The notes: generated from the sequence alone by a model not told the origin. Counted from the first letter of the stretch, positions 50,600 through 58,894 are shown. The stretch: DNA of 64,000 bases from Candidatus Methylomirabilota bacterium (GCA_035281625.1 DATEDO010000238.1:35-64034), one strand, 5' to 3'. Program-made: numbers and translations.

Positions 50600-50833
50600 C
50601 TAGCGCAGCAGGGTCGGCGCGGGGATCGCCGCCGCGATGACGAGCGCGAAGGCGACGATGACCGCGCCCACGACGATGGCCACGGCCACGTTGCCCTGCC
50701 GGAGCTCCACCCATTCGTCCACCGGCGTGAGCCACGCGAACACCCGCAGCAGGATCGCCAGCGCGATCGCCATCGCGATCGCCCCGACCACCGCCCAGCC
50801 CAGCACGTTCAGATAGTCCGTGAGGATTCGCAT
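50600..50833 (-). CDS. DUF350-like small membrane protein
   Basis: 77 aa with two or three TM helices and the motif QGNVAVAIVVGA, typical of DUF350. Lies 9 nt upstream of the SPFH gene. Confidence 0.6.
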   Translation of the reverse strand: MRILTDYLNVLGWAVVGAIAMAIALAILLRVFAWLTPVDEWVELRQGNVAVAIVVGAVIVAFALVIAAAIPAPTLLR

Positions 50834-50956
50834 CGCCCCTCCCGCCGCGCGTGACGCGCGATCTCGGGACTACGCTAGCGCCATAGGTGCGCGAGACGGG
50901 CAGGAATTCGGCGGGTGCGCGTCTTGCAGCCGACCTCGGGTCAGGAGGTGCCGGAC

Positions 50957-52183
50957 ATGCCCAACCCGTACGACGCGATCGTCGTGGGGGCGCGCTGCGC
51001 GGGCGCGCCCACCGCCATGCTGCTCGCGCAGCACGGCCACCGCGTGCTCCTGGTGGACCGGGCCCGCTTTCCCAGCGACACGATGTCCACCCACATCATC
51101 CATCCGCCGGGCGTCGCCGCGCTCGAGCGGTGGAGCCTGGCCAAGCCGCTCACCGCCACCGGCTGCCCGCCCTTCACCCGATACGCCTTCGACTTCGGCC
51201 CCTTCACGATCTCCGGCCCGCTGCGCTCCGTGAACGGGACGAGCTACAGCCTCTGTCCCCGGCGCACCGTGCTGGACGGGATGCTCGTGGACGCCGCCGT
51301 TCGCGCCGGCGCCGAGCTGCAGGAAGGCTTCACGGTGGATGAGCTGCTGACCGAGCGCGGCGCGGTCGCCGGCATCCGCGGCCACCTAAAGAGCGGGAGC
51401 ACGGTCACGCATCGGGCCCGCGTGGTCGTCGGCGCGGACGGGCGACATTCCCTCGTCGCCAAGGCGGCTCGGGCAGAATGCTATGACGAGCGCCCGGTGC
51501 TCTCCGTCGGCTACTACGCCTACTGGAGCGGGCTCCCCGCGGACGGCTTCGAGGGCTTCATCCGCCCGCGCGCCGCGTTCGGCTTCATCCCGACCCACTA
51601 CGGCCAGACCATCAGCGTCCTGAGCTGGCCGCGCGCCGACTTCGATCTGATCCGCGCCGATGTCGAGAGCCACTTCCTCCGCTCGGTCAAGGAGGCGCCG
51701 CCCGCGCTCCAGGAGCGGGTGCGCGCCGCGAAGCGCGAGACCCGCTTCCTCGGCACGGCGGATCTCCCCAACTTCTTCCGCAAGCCCTATGGCCCCGGCT
51801 GGGTGCTGATCGGCGATGCCGGGCATCACAAGGACCCCATCACCGCTCAGGGCATCAGCGACGCCTTCCGCGACGCCGAGGCCATGGCGGCGGCGCTCCA
51901 CGATGTCTTCACCGGCCGCGAAGCGTTCGACGACGCCCTCGCCCGCTATCAGCGCGAGCGCGACGAGGGCGCGCGGGCGAAGTACGACCTTACCTGTCAG
52001 TTCGCGAACCTCGAGGATCCGCCGCCGCCCGACCTGCAGCAGCTCCTGCACGCGATGTCCACCAACCCCCGGGCGATGGGGGATTTCCTGAGCACGCTGG
52101 CGGGCATCGTGCCGCCCCCCGAGTTCTTCGCGCCGGACAATGTGGCGCGCATCCTCGCGCAGGCGGAAGGGCAGCCGGCCTAG
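50957..52183 (+). CDS. FAD-dependent monooxygenase / oxidoreductase (group A flavoprotein-like)
   Basis: 408 aa from ATG 50957, with AGGAGG upstream. Has the dinucleotide fold YDAIVVGARCAGAPTA and GDAGHHKDPITAQG. Confidence 0.8.
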   Translation: MPNPYDAIVVGARCAGAPTAMLLAQHGHRVLLVDRARFPSDTMSTHIIHPPGVAALERWSLAKPLTATGCPPFTRYAFDFGPFTISGPLRSVNGTSYSLCPRRTVLDGMLVDAAVRAGAELQEGFTVDELLTERGAVAGIRGHLKSGSTVTHRARVVVGADGRHSLVAKAARAECYDERPVLSVGYYAYWSGLPADGFEGFIRPRAAFGFIPTHYGQTISVLSWPRADFDLIRADVESHFLRSVKEAPPALQERVRAAKRETRFLGTADLPNFFRKPYGPGWVLIGDAGHHKDPITAQGISDAFRDAEAMAAALHDVFTGREAFDDALARYQRERDEGARAKYDLTCQFANLEDPPPPDLQQLLHAMSTNPRAMGDFLSTLAGIVPPPEFFAPDNVARILAQAEGQPA

Positions 52184-52197
52184 CGGGAGGCGGCGGG

Positions 52198-52776
52198 TCA
52201 GGGGAGGAGGTCGGCGACGCGGATCGCCGCGTGCGGCGCCGCGAGGGGCGCGACGGTCAGGGACGGGTCCAGCACCTCGCGACGCCCGTAGCGCCAGCCG
52301 AACGGCGCCTCGGGCTCGGGCACCGGCTCGCGATACACCTCGAGCACGCGGTCGATGAGGTTCAGCACCCAGTAGTCGGCCAGGCCGGCGCGCGCGTAGA
52401 GGCTGCCCTTGTGGGCACGGTCAGTCTCCAGGCTAGCCTCGGCTATCTCGACCGTCAGCACCGGACGCGACGGGTGCTCATGGAGGTAGTCTTGGATCGT
52501 TCCCGGGACAACAACGACATCGGGCTCGGGCTCGGACTCGTCGTCCAACGCGAGGGGTCCCTGTGGGCGGACATCCCACCCCGGCCCAAAGGCCGTCGCG
52601 ATCGCGCGGGTGACCATGACGGTCGCGACGCAGTGAGGCGGGGTCTTCCGCTCCGCCACCATCAGGCGCCCACCGACGAGCTCGATGGGGTCGTCGGGGT
52701 GGAAGAAGCCCGCGTCGATCAGGCGGTCGTATCCGGCTCGGGTGAGTCGCCGCGTGTGGGCGATGTACTCCGGCAT
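52198..52776 (-). CDS. Uma2 family (DUF820) PD-(D/E)xK-like endonuclease
   Basis: 192 aa from the internal ATG. Has YDRLIDAGFF...IELVGGRLMV, PDVVVVP, VEIAE.S...D...K...YARAGL.DYWVLNL, the Uma2 pattern. The longer track ORF (to 52890) would read into the repeat unit. Confidence 0.7.
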   Translation of the reverse strand: MPEYIAHTRRLTRAGYDRLIDAGFFHPDDPIELVGGRLMVAERKTPPHCVATVMVTRAIATAFGPGWDVRPQGPLALDDESEPEPDVVVVPGTIQDYLHEHPSRPVLTVEIAEASLETDRAHKGSLYARAGLADYWVLNLIDRVLEVYREPVPEPEAPFGWRYGRREVLDPSLTVAPLAAPHAAIRVADLLP

Positions 52777-53061
52777 GCCGTCATCGTAGAGGCCGGCCAC
52801 GTAAGCGTCAACGAGCGGCCGTTGATGCGCGTCGCCGTAGATGTATCCGAAGGGATACGTCTTGACGGCCGCATGGGCTGACGATTCCACACGCTCGGAG
52901 TGCCGAGATACGTCGCCCCTACGGGGCGAGGACGACGCCTCGTCTTGGGATCAGACGCGCACCCACCGAAAATCATCTCGTCCGCCACGATCGTGTCCCA
53001 CGCGCCCTCTCAGAGAGCGCGAAACTCGCGGTGTAGGGTGGCGCAACAGGGAGGATGCGCC

Positions 53062-53449
53062 ATGTCGATCGCCGCCCGCGCCGCCGTCGTCGAGCCGCCC
53101 AGCCCGATGTGGCTTCCCACCCACCCGCGCGTCGCCGAGCTGGAGCGCCTGGGCGACGAGATCGCCGAGCTCGCCGCCCATCTCGACGCGGCCACCGCCC
53201 GGCTCCTGGACTTGATCCGCGAGTTCGACGCCCGCGGCGGCTGGAACACCGGCTTCCGCTCCTGCGCCGAGTGGCTGGCGTGGCGGGTGGGGATGAACCT
53301 GGGCGCGGCCCGCGAGCGCGTGCGGGTGGTGCGCGCCCTCCCCCATCACCGCGCGCACCGGGCTCCCCCGCTGGCTGGGCAAGCGGCTCGACCTCGGCTG
53401 GGCGCTCGACGTGCTGCGTCCCGAGTCGAATCCGCGACCGCTGGCTTGA
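53062..53449 (+). pseudogene. DUF222/HNH endonuclease pseudogene (about 1 kb internal deletion plus frameshift)
   Basis: The first ~92 codons match the N-terminus of 58895..60289 (PTHPRVAELERLGDEIA.LAAHLDAATARLLDLIREFDAR.GWNTGFRSCAEWLAWRVGMNLGAARERVRV). The sequence then jumps to the last 34 codons (ITARTGLP.WLGKRLDLGWALD) in a different frame. The HNH motif is lost. Confidence 0.75.
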
Positions 53450-53465
53450 CGCTTGCCCCCTCACG

Positions 53466-53493
53466 GTTCCGCGGAAACGTTTCCGCGGAAACG
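53466..53493. repeat. tandem pair of the GTTTCCGCGGAAAC palindrome (one imperfect, one perfect 16-mer CGTTTCCGCGGAAACG)
   Basis: Read directly: GTTCCGCGGAAACGTTTCCGCGGAAACG, 17 nt after the pseudogene stop. Confidence 0.8.
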
Positions 53494-53848
53494 CGGGGGC
53501 GGTTCAGCCGAGTGGAGCCGATATCGCAGCGTCCTGCTGGCATGCGAGAATCCCCGGCCGATGGGCATGAACGCCCGATGTGCCGTCCGCACGGCCATCC
53601 TGATCTTGGAGGAGCGCTTCAAGGGGCACAGCGCGGGCGGCCGCGACGGCCCTTCTCGTTCCTATCGGTAGGTAGGCCGGCAGGAAGCTCCTACACGCTG
53701 GGAAAATCGATACCCACCATCGATCGCGGCTGACATCTGGCGTGACGCGTGGTTACGCCGGCCGGGCCTTCTGGCACATCTGATGCTCCTCCTGGGCCAT
53801 CCCCGCGCCGTACGGCGCTAGGGAGATTCGACCGTCAGGAGGTAACGC

Positions 53849-54334
53849 ATGACAGCGTATCGGATCTTCGCGCTTGCCCTCGCCCTCGTGGTCATGGTCG
53901 CGGGTCCCGCGTGGGCCAAGGGCGGTGGTGGCGGCGGCGGAGGCGCAGGCGGTGGTGGCGGCGCGGGTGGCGGCGCCGGTGATGGTGGCGGAGTTGCCGG
54001 CGGCAATGGCGGCGGGAACGGAAACGGTGGCGGCAATGGCAACGGCGGCGGCAACGGGAACGGCGTCGCCGGCGGGCCGGGGAACGGCAACGGTCCGTCC
54101 GTGAGCAGTGGCCACGGCCCGGCCGGGGAAGTCGGCCACTCGGGCCACTCCGGTCCCGTGGGCAACGGCCGCGGCACGGCGCTCACCGCGCCCGGCAGCG
54201 TGCATCGCTCCGATCAGGCCACCGCGAATCTGTCCGCCTCGCGGCCGGGCAACGCGAATCCAGCGAGCGGGGTCGTGCCCGGCTTCGGGCACATCGGCAC
54301 GGTGCCGACGACGCCGGGGCATCAGGCGCCGTAG
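53849..54334 (+). CDS. secreted Gly/Asn-rich low-complexity protein
   Basis: 161 aa. AGGAGG lies 6 nt upstream. Signal peptide MTAYRIFALALALVVMVAGPAWA, then poly-Gly and three GGGNGNG units. The C-terminal motif GTVPTTPGH is shared with the next gene. Confidence 0.6.
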   Translation: MTAYRIFALALALVVMVAGPAWAKGGGGGGGGAGGGGGAGGGAGDGGGVAGGNGGGNGNGGGNGNGGGNGNGVAGGPGNGNGPSVSSGHGPAGEVGHSGHSGPVGNGRGTALTAPGSVHRSDQATANLSASRPGNANPASGVVPGFGHIGTVPTTPGHQAP

Positions 54335-54360
54335 CCGTCCAGGCGTCGTAGCGAACAGGC

Positions 54361-54405
54361 TCGAGCGTGGCCGCGAGGGCTGTCTCGCCTCGCGGTCACG
54401 CTCGG
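54361..54405 (+). terminator. strong GC-rich hairpin (16-18 bp stem, one G-U pair), a candidate intrinsic terminator or attenuator without a U-tract
   Basis: GAGCGTGGCCGCGAGG (54363-54378) pairs with CCTCGCGGTCACGCTC (54388-54403). Lies 27 nt after the stop of 53849..54334. Confidence 0.4.
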
Positions 54406-54445
54406 GCGAAGGCCCCGGGCGATTCCACTCTCAAGGAGGCCCCGC

Positions 54446-54748
54446 ATGACAGCACGACGGATGTTCGCGCTCGCCCTCGCCCTCGCGGTGTGCTCGGCGG
54501 GCACGGCGGCCGCTCAGAATCCGAACCCCGGTTCCGGCAAGGGCACCTCGACCACGGCGCCCGGCAGCGAGAAGCGCCCCGACGCGACGAACGAGCGTCT
54601 CACCACGCCGCCGGAGGAAAAGAAGAGCGGCGTGACTCCGGGCGGCGGCAAGACCGGCACCGTGCCGACGACGCCCGGCCACGACACGACCGGTAAGAAG
54701 AAGACCGACGAGATGAAGGATCCCAAGACGACCGGTCAGAAGAAGTAG
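54446..54748 (+). CDS. secreted Pro/Thr/Lys-rich low-complexity protein, paralogous in its signal peptide and C-motif to 53849..54334
   Basis: 100 aa. AAGGAGG upstream. Signal peptide MTARRMFALALALAVCSAGTAAA, the GTVPTTPGH motif, and a Lys-rich tail. Confidence 0.55.
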   Translation: MTARRMFALALALAVCSAGTAAAQNPNPGSGKGTSTTAPGSEKRPDATNERLTTPPEEKKSGVTPGGGKTGTVPTTPGHDTTGKKKTDEMKDPKTTGQKK

Positions 54749-54780
54749 GCCAAGCCGAGCCCCTCGCGGCGCGGCGTGGG

Positions 54781-55434
54781 CTACCGCGGCAGCCCGCGCA
54801 CGGCCGCGAGGATCTCCTCGTCCGACGGGAACGAGCCAACCTCCCCGGGGCCGTTGGCGCACTCGATGCTCGCCCACCGGACGATGCCGTCGCGGTCGAT
54901 GAGGTACCGGGCCTTGAGCTGGGGGAACTGGCGCTCCATGTCCGCCTGGTCGGCCGGCGAGTTCACGTGCCCATCCAGCTCGCCGACCTTTGCCGCGGCC
55001 TCCATCACGGGGAGGGGCTTCGGCAGCTCGCCCGTCGGGTTGATGAGGACGGACTCCATTTCCTTGAAGAACTCGGGCCCCGCCACGGGCTTCGGCACGC
55101 GAAACGCGCGATGCGTGGTGAGAGCCGGATCGGCGCCCAGGCGCAGCCTGGACGGGCGAAACTTGAAGTAGAGCCGGGCGTTCTCCGGCGCCGTGGCGAC
55201 CACGCACACCGTCTCCACGCCCTCGGCCTTGAGCTTGGCTTCGGTCGTGCCGAGACGGGCGATCTGCCGCCGGCAGAACGGGCACCAGAGCCCCACCATG
55301 AGCGCGAGGAACACGGGGTTCTTGCCCCGGTAGTCGGCGAGGGTGACGTCCTTCGAGCCGTCCACGGCGGGCAGCGAGAAGTCTGGCGCGGCCTCACCGG
55401 GCGCGACGGGGGGGCGAGTGTCGACGGTTGTCAT
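54781..55434 (-). CDS. peroxiredoxin-like / AhpC-TSA thioredoxin-fold protein with a CxxC (WCPFC) centre and a long internal insertion
   Basis: 217 aa. APDFSLPAVDG...VFLALMVGLWCPFCRR and C-terminal YLIDRDGIVRW are redoxin-like. GGGAGGA upstream. Lies 34 nt downstream of the cyclase gene on the same strand. Confidence 0.75.
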   Translation of the reverse strand: MTTVDTRPPVAPGEAAPDFSLPAVDGSKDVTLADYRGKNPVFLALMVGLWCPFCRRQIARLGTTEAKLKAEGVETVCVVATAPENARLYFKFRPSRLRLGADPALTTHRAFRVPKPVAGPEFFKEMESVLINPTGELPKPLPVMEAAAKVGELDGHVNSPADQADMERQFPQLKARYLIDRDGIVRWASIECANGPGEVGSFPSDEEILAAVRGLPR

Positions 55435-55468
55435 GCGAAGGTCCTCCCTGGGGTGGTCTGAGACATGG

Positions 55469-58400
55469 TCAGCAGAGAAATGGCAGCACCATGAGCGCGT
55501 CGGGTTCCACGCCCGCCCGCTCGCACACGGCCTGGGCCTTGGCGAGGTAGCTCTCCGCCTTCGCCACGTCGCCGCTGTCGAGGTAGAGCGTGGCGAGCCC
55601 GTCGTAGCAGGGGAAGAGGAGCTGCGGCTCCCCCGCCTGCTCGGCCAGGCCCAGCGCCTCCTCGTAGCACGCGAAGGCGCGCGCGTGATCGCCGTGACAT
55701 TGCTCGATCTGGCCGAGCACGATGAGCGGCACCGCGAGATGGTCGATCAGGCCGAGGCGCCGGTCGAGCGCCACCGCGGCCTGGGCCGCCTCCACGCCCT
55801 CGGCCTCGCAGCGGTCGGTGAGGGCGCAGTAGGCCACGGCGAGGTTCGCGTAGAGGCGCGACTGGAAGCCGAGGTCGCCGACCCGCTTGGCCATGGCGAG
55901 GCCGCGCCGGCACGTCTCGATGCTGCGCGGCGGATCGAGCGAGGCGTAGAGCACGCTCAAGTTCGTGTAGCCCCGACAGGCGGCCTGCAGGAGATCGCGC
56001 GCCTCGGCGAGCGCCACGCTGCGCTCGATCTGCTCGACGGCCTCGGCGGGGCGGCCGGTACGCGCGAGGGCGACGCCCAGCGTGTTGTAGGCGTGCACCC
56101 GCACCGCGGCGGCCTCGCGGGCGCGCTCGGCCGCAGCGGCCGCGCCGGGCTCAGCCGTCGCGGCCTCGCCGGTGGCCTCGGCCAGCGCCTTCTCCGCCCA
56201 CTCGATGGCGGCGGCATTGTCCCCGCCGCGGAAGGCCAGCCGGCCCATCTCCTGGAAGAGGTGCGCCCGCTCGATGGCGTCGCCATCGGTGGCGAGGCGC
56301 TGGAGCCCGGCGGCGAAGCACGCGCCCGCGCGCTCGCGATCCCCCGCGTCCCAGTGCAGCCCCCCGATCTTCCGGTGGAGACGCGCGGTGGCCGCGCCGT
56401 CGCTCCTCGCCTCCGCTGCGGCGCGCACCGCCTCGTAGTGCGCGAGCGCCTCGGCCCGCCGGCCGGTGAGGCCCAGCAGGTCGCCCAGCCGCTCGCGCGC
56501 GGCGAGGGTATCCGCCTCGCCGCCGGGAGAGTCGGCGAGGATGCGCCGCGCGCGGTCGTAGTGGCGGATGGCGTCCTCGTTCGCGTACACGCCGCGAGCC
56601 CAGTCGCCCGCGGCGAGGAGATAGCGGGCGCCGCGGAGCCTGTCGGCGCTGAGGCTCCAGTGATGGCCGAGGGCTTCCAGATCGCTCAGGCGCTCCGGGC
56701 GCGGGCCCGCCGCGCGCTCCAGCGCCCGCGCCGCCCGCTCGTGCATCTCCGTCCGCCGCGCGAGCAGGAGGTTCTGGTACACGACATCGTGCACGAGGGC
56801 GTGGGTGAAGCGGAAGCGCGCGCCCTCGCGCCCGCGCCCCGCCGGCTGGAGGAGATCGGCCGCGACCAGGCGCTCCAGCGCCTCCCGCGGCACGGCGGCC
56901 ACCGCGCGCAGCAGCGGCTCGTCGAAGTCCACCCCGAGCACGGCGGCCTCCTGCAGGAGGCGCCGCTCCTCGGCGCCGAGCTTGTCGATGCGGGAGAGGA
57001 GGAGCCCCTGGAGGGTGGGCGGCACGTCCACCTCCTGGCACGAGGCGGGGCTCGCCCACCGATCGCCCTCGCGCACGAGGACGCCGCGCGCGACCAGCAT
57101 GCGGACGATCTCTTCGACGAAGAGGGGATTGCCGCCCGCGCGGCTCACCACGATGTCGCCGATCTGCCCGAGCGGGTCGCCGATCACCTCGCCGAAGAGG
57201 CCGTCCACCAGGGCACGCGAGTCGGCCGGAGAGAGCGGCCCCAGGCGGATGACCGTCTGCTCGGCGCGGGCCACCAGCGGGGGCGTGGCATCGGGCCGAT
57301 GGGTCAGCAGGAACATCAGGGGCCGGTCGGCAAGCTGATCGGCCGCGTTGCGGAGGAGATCCACGGAGGCCGTGTCCGCCCAGTGGAGATCCTCGATCAG
57401 CAGCAGCAGCGGCGCCTGCGAGAGGCGCCGCTCGAGCAGGGTGCGCGCGGCGAGGGCGATCTGGCGCTGCAGCTGCTCGGGCTCCACGTCGCGGGGCTTC
57501 GCCTCCTCCACCCCCAGCACGTAGCTCAGCACCGGCGCGACCGCTTCCGCCTCCTCGTCGCGCGCCCCCATCGCCCGCAGCCCGGTGACGAGCTTCTCGC
57601 GCGCCACGTCCAGCGAGTCGCCCGGCTCCACGCGGTAGGCGTCGCGGAAGAGGGCGCCGAACACGCCGTAGGTCGGCTCGCCGAGCGACGAGCAGACGGC
57701 GCGCCGAATCACCACGCCCTCCAGGCGGCCGTCCGCGCCGAGGCGCGCGAAGAGCTCCTTGATCAGGCGCGACTTGCCCGTGCCGGTCTCGCCCACCAGG
57801 CTCACCATCTGCGCGCGGCCCTCGCGCATTCGCCCGAACGCGCCCTCGAGCTGGGCGAGCTCGTCCGCGCGCCCCACCAGCGGCGCGGCCAGGCCGAGGG
57901 TGCCCAGGCCGCGGGCGGAGCCGGGGTCGGCGAGCGCGCCCACCAGGCGATGCACGACGATCGGCGCGGCCTTGCCCTTCGCGGCGACCGGGTTCGCCGC
58001 CTCGAACGCGAAATGGTGCTGCGTGAGCGCGTAGGTCGCGTCGGAGACGAGGATGGTGTCCGCCGGCGCCGCGGAGAGGAGGCGCGCGGTCGTGTTCACC
58101 GTGTCGCCCGTCACGGCGTAGGCGCCCGCCGCGCCCGCGCCGCCGCCCAGGCTGCCCGCGACCACGGGGCCCGTATGCACCCCCACGTGCAGCGACACCG
58201 GCTGGCCCAGCCGCCGCTCCCACTGCCGGCTCAGCGCCGCGCCCCGCGCCAGCATGTCCAGCGCCGCCGCGAGCGCGCGCTGCGGGTCGTCCTCGTGCGC
58301 CACGGGCGCGCCGAACACCGCCATCACCGCGTCGCCCACGAACTTCTCCACGAAGCCGTCCCGGGCCTGGATGGCCTGCGCCAGCGTGCCGAAGAGCGCG

Positions 58401-58606
58401 TTCTGGAACTCGCGCACCTCCTCGGGATCGAGCCGCTCGGAGAGCGCGGTGAAGCCGGACAGATCGGCGAAGAGCACGCTGACCTGGCGGCGGTCGGCCT
58501 CGGGGGCGGGCGGTGGCGGGGCGGGGGCGGCCGCCAGCTTCTGCCCGCAGCGGGGGCAGAAGGCGAAGTCGGGCGGGGCCTCGAAGCGGCAGCCGGGGCA
58601 CGTCAT
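55469..58606 (-). CDS. multidomain signalling protein: zinc ribbon, class III adenylyl/guanylyl cyclase, STAND/AAA_16 P-loop NTPase, TPR array
   Basis: 1045 aa. Has CPGC..CPRC, cyclase metal-binding motifs VLFADLSGFT and KFVGDAVMAVFG, Walker A GETGTGKS, a Walker B-like LLLLIEDLHWAD, and a repetitive helical TPR-like C-terminal ~400 aa. Confidence 0.9.
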   Translation of the reverse strand: MTCPGCRFEAPPDFAFCPRCGQKLAAAPAPPPPAPEADRRQVSVLFADLSGFTALSERLDPEEVREFQNALFGTLAQAIQARDGFVEKFVGDAVMAVFGAPVAHEDDPQRALAAALDMLARGAALSRQWERRLGQPVSLHVGVHTGPVVAGSLGGGAGAAGAYAVTGDTVNTTARLLSAAPADTILVSDATYALTQHHFAFEAANPVAAKGKAAPIVVHRLVGALADPGSARGLGTLGLAAPLVGRADELAQLEGAFGRMREGRAQMVSLVGETGTGKSRLIKELFARLGADGRLEGVVIRRAVCSSLGEPTYGVFGALFRDAYRVEPGDSLDVAREKLVTGLRAMGARDEEAEAVAPVLSYVLGVEEAKPRDVEPEQLQRQIALAARTLLERRLSQAPLLLLIEDLHWADTASVDLLRNAADQLADRPLMFLLTHRPDATPPLVARAEQTVIRLGPLSPADSRALVDGLFGEVIGDPLGQIGDIVVSRAGGNPLFVEEIVRMLVARGVLVREGDRWASPASCQEVDVPPTLQGLLLSRIDKLGAEERRLLQEAAVLGVDFDEPLLRAVAAVPREALERLVAADLLQPAGRGREGARFRFTHALVHDVVYQNLLLARRTEMHERAARALERAAGPRPERLSDLEALGHHWSLSADRLRGARYLLAAGDWARGVYANEDAIRHYDRARRILADSPGGEADTLAARERLGDLLGLTGRRAEALAHYEAVRAAAEARSDGAATARLHRKIGGLHWDAGDRERAGACFAAGLQRLATDGDAIERAHLFQEMGRLAFRGGDNAAAIEWAEKALAEATGEAATAEPGAAAAAERAREAAAVRVHAYNTLGVALARTGRPAEAVEQIERSVALAEARDLLQAACRGYTNLSVLYASLDPPRSIETCRRGLAMAKRVGDLGFQSRLYANLAVAYCALTDRCEAEGVEAAQAAVALDRRLGLIDHLAVPLIVLGQIEQCHGDHARAFACYEEALGLAEQAGEPQLLFPCYDGLATLYLDSGDVAKAESYLAKAQAVCERAGVEPDALMVLPFLC

Positions 58607-58894
58607 GCTGAACCGCTACGATAGCACCCCGATCCTCCCGCCCGGCGACGTATCGCCGCGACGAACCGGCCCCATGTATCGGGCGAGATACGTCTTGACG
58701 GCCTCCCGAGCGGGCAGCCGCGCTGGGCCGACCACGTCGCGAAAGCGCCCCGCCGGCGCAGCCCGCCGCCTCACGGGCGCACCATCCCGCACGCGACCAC
58801 CGAAAATGTCATCGTGCCCTCCGATCGCGCTCCGTGGGCGCTCACAGACCGCACGAACACCGCGGTGTAGAGTCGGCGCAGCAGGAGGATGCCC

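Larger units (their letters stand above)
52841..53493 (+). repeat. direct repeat copy A of the DUF222-HNH unit (leader, 5' CDS, 3' CDS, palindrome; internally deleted)
   Basis: Aligned by eye to 58673..60321. Shared strings include ATGTATC, GATACGTCTTGACGGCC, CACCGAAAAT and CGCGGTGTAG. The coding 5' end (ACCCACCCGCGCGTCGCCGAGCTGGAGCG...) and 3' end (CCATCACCGCGCGCACCGGGCTCCCCC.CTGGCTGGGCAAGCGGCTCGACCTCGGCTGGGCGCTCGAC) also match. Confidence 0.65.

Noticed and set aside
52900-53733. 277-aa ORF (and 53055..53570, 171 aa) as intact genes
   Set aside because: They read through the deletion junction of the HNH relic and across the palindromes. This yields the recurrent artefactual peptide RFRGNVSAET / FPRKRF, which also appears wherever the palindrome is translated.
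53920-54080. Possible CRISPR array or non-coding tandem repeat in the GGCGGN-rich tract
   Set aside because: The repeat units are short (about 21 nt), imperfect, contiguous without spacers, and in frame with a Gly/Asn-rich coding sequence. No cas genes are present anywhere in the window.
53818-54186. Pro-rich 122-aa minus-strand ORF (and other frames across 53750-54330)
   Set aside because: It is the antisense or alternate reading of the GGC/GGN-rich repeat. The plus-strand frame has a strong RBS, a canonical signal peptide and a downstream paralog, so it is preferred.
54781-58606. Calling the cyclase-STAND protein a Pycsar, CBASS or Avs defence system
   Set aside because: No cNMP-binding effector, nuclease/TIR/transmembrane effector fusion or other hallmark partner is adjacent. 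The architecture also occurs in ordinary signalling proteins. It is kept as a hypothesis only.
55343-58624. 1093-aa plus-strand ORF
   Set aside because: It is antisense to the cyclase-STAND-TPR gene, which has intact cyclase and P-loop motifs. The translation is low-complexity and Arg/Gly/Ala-rich.
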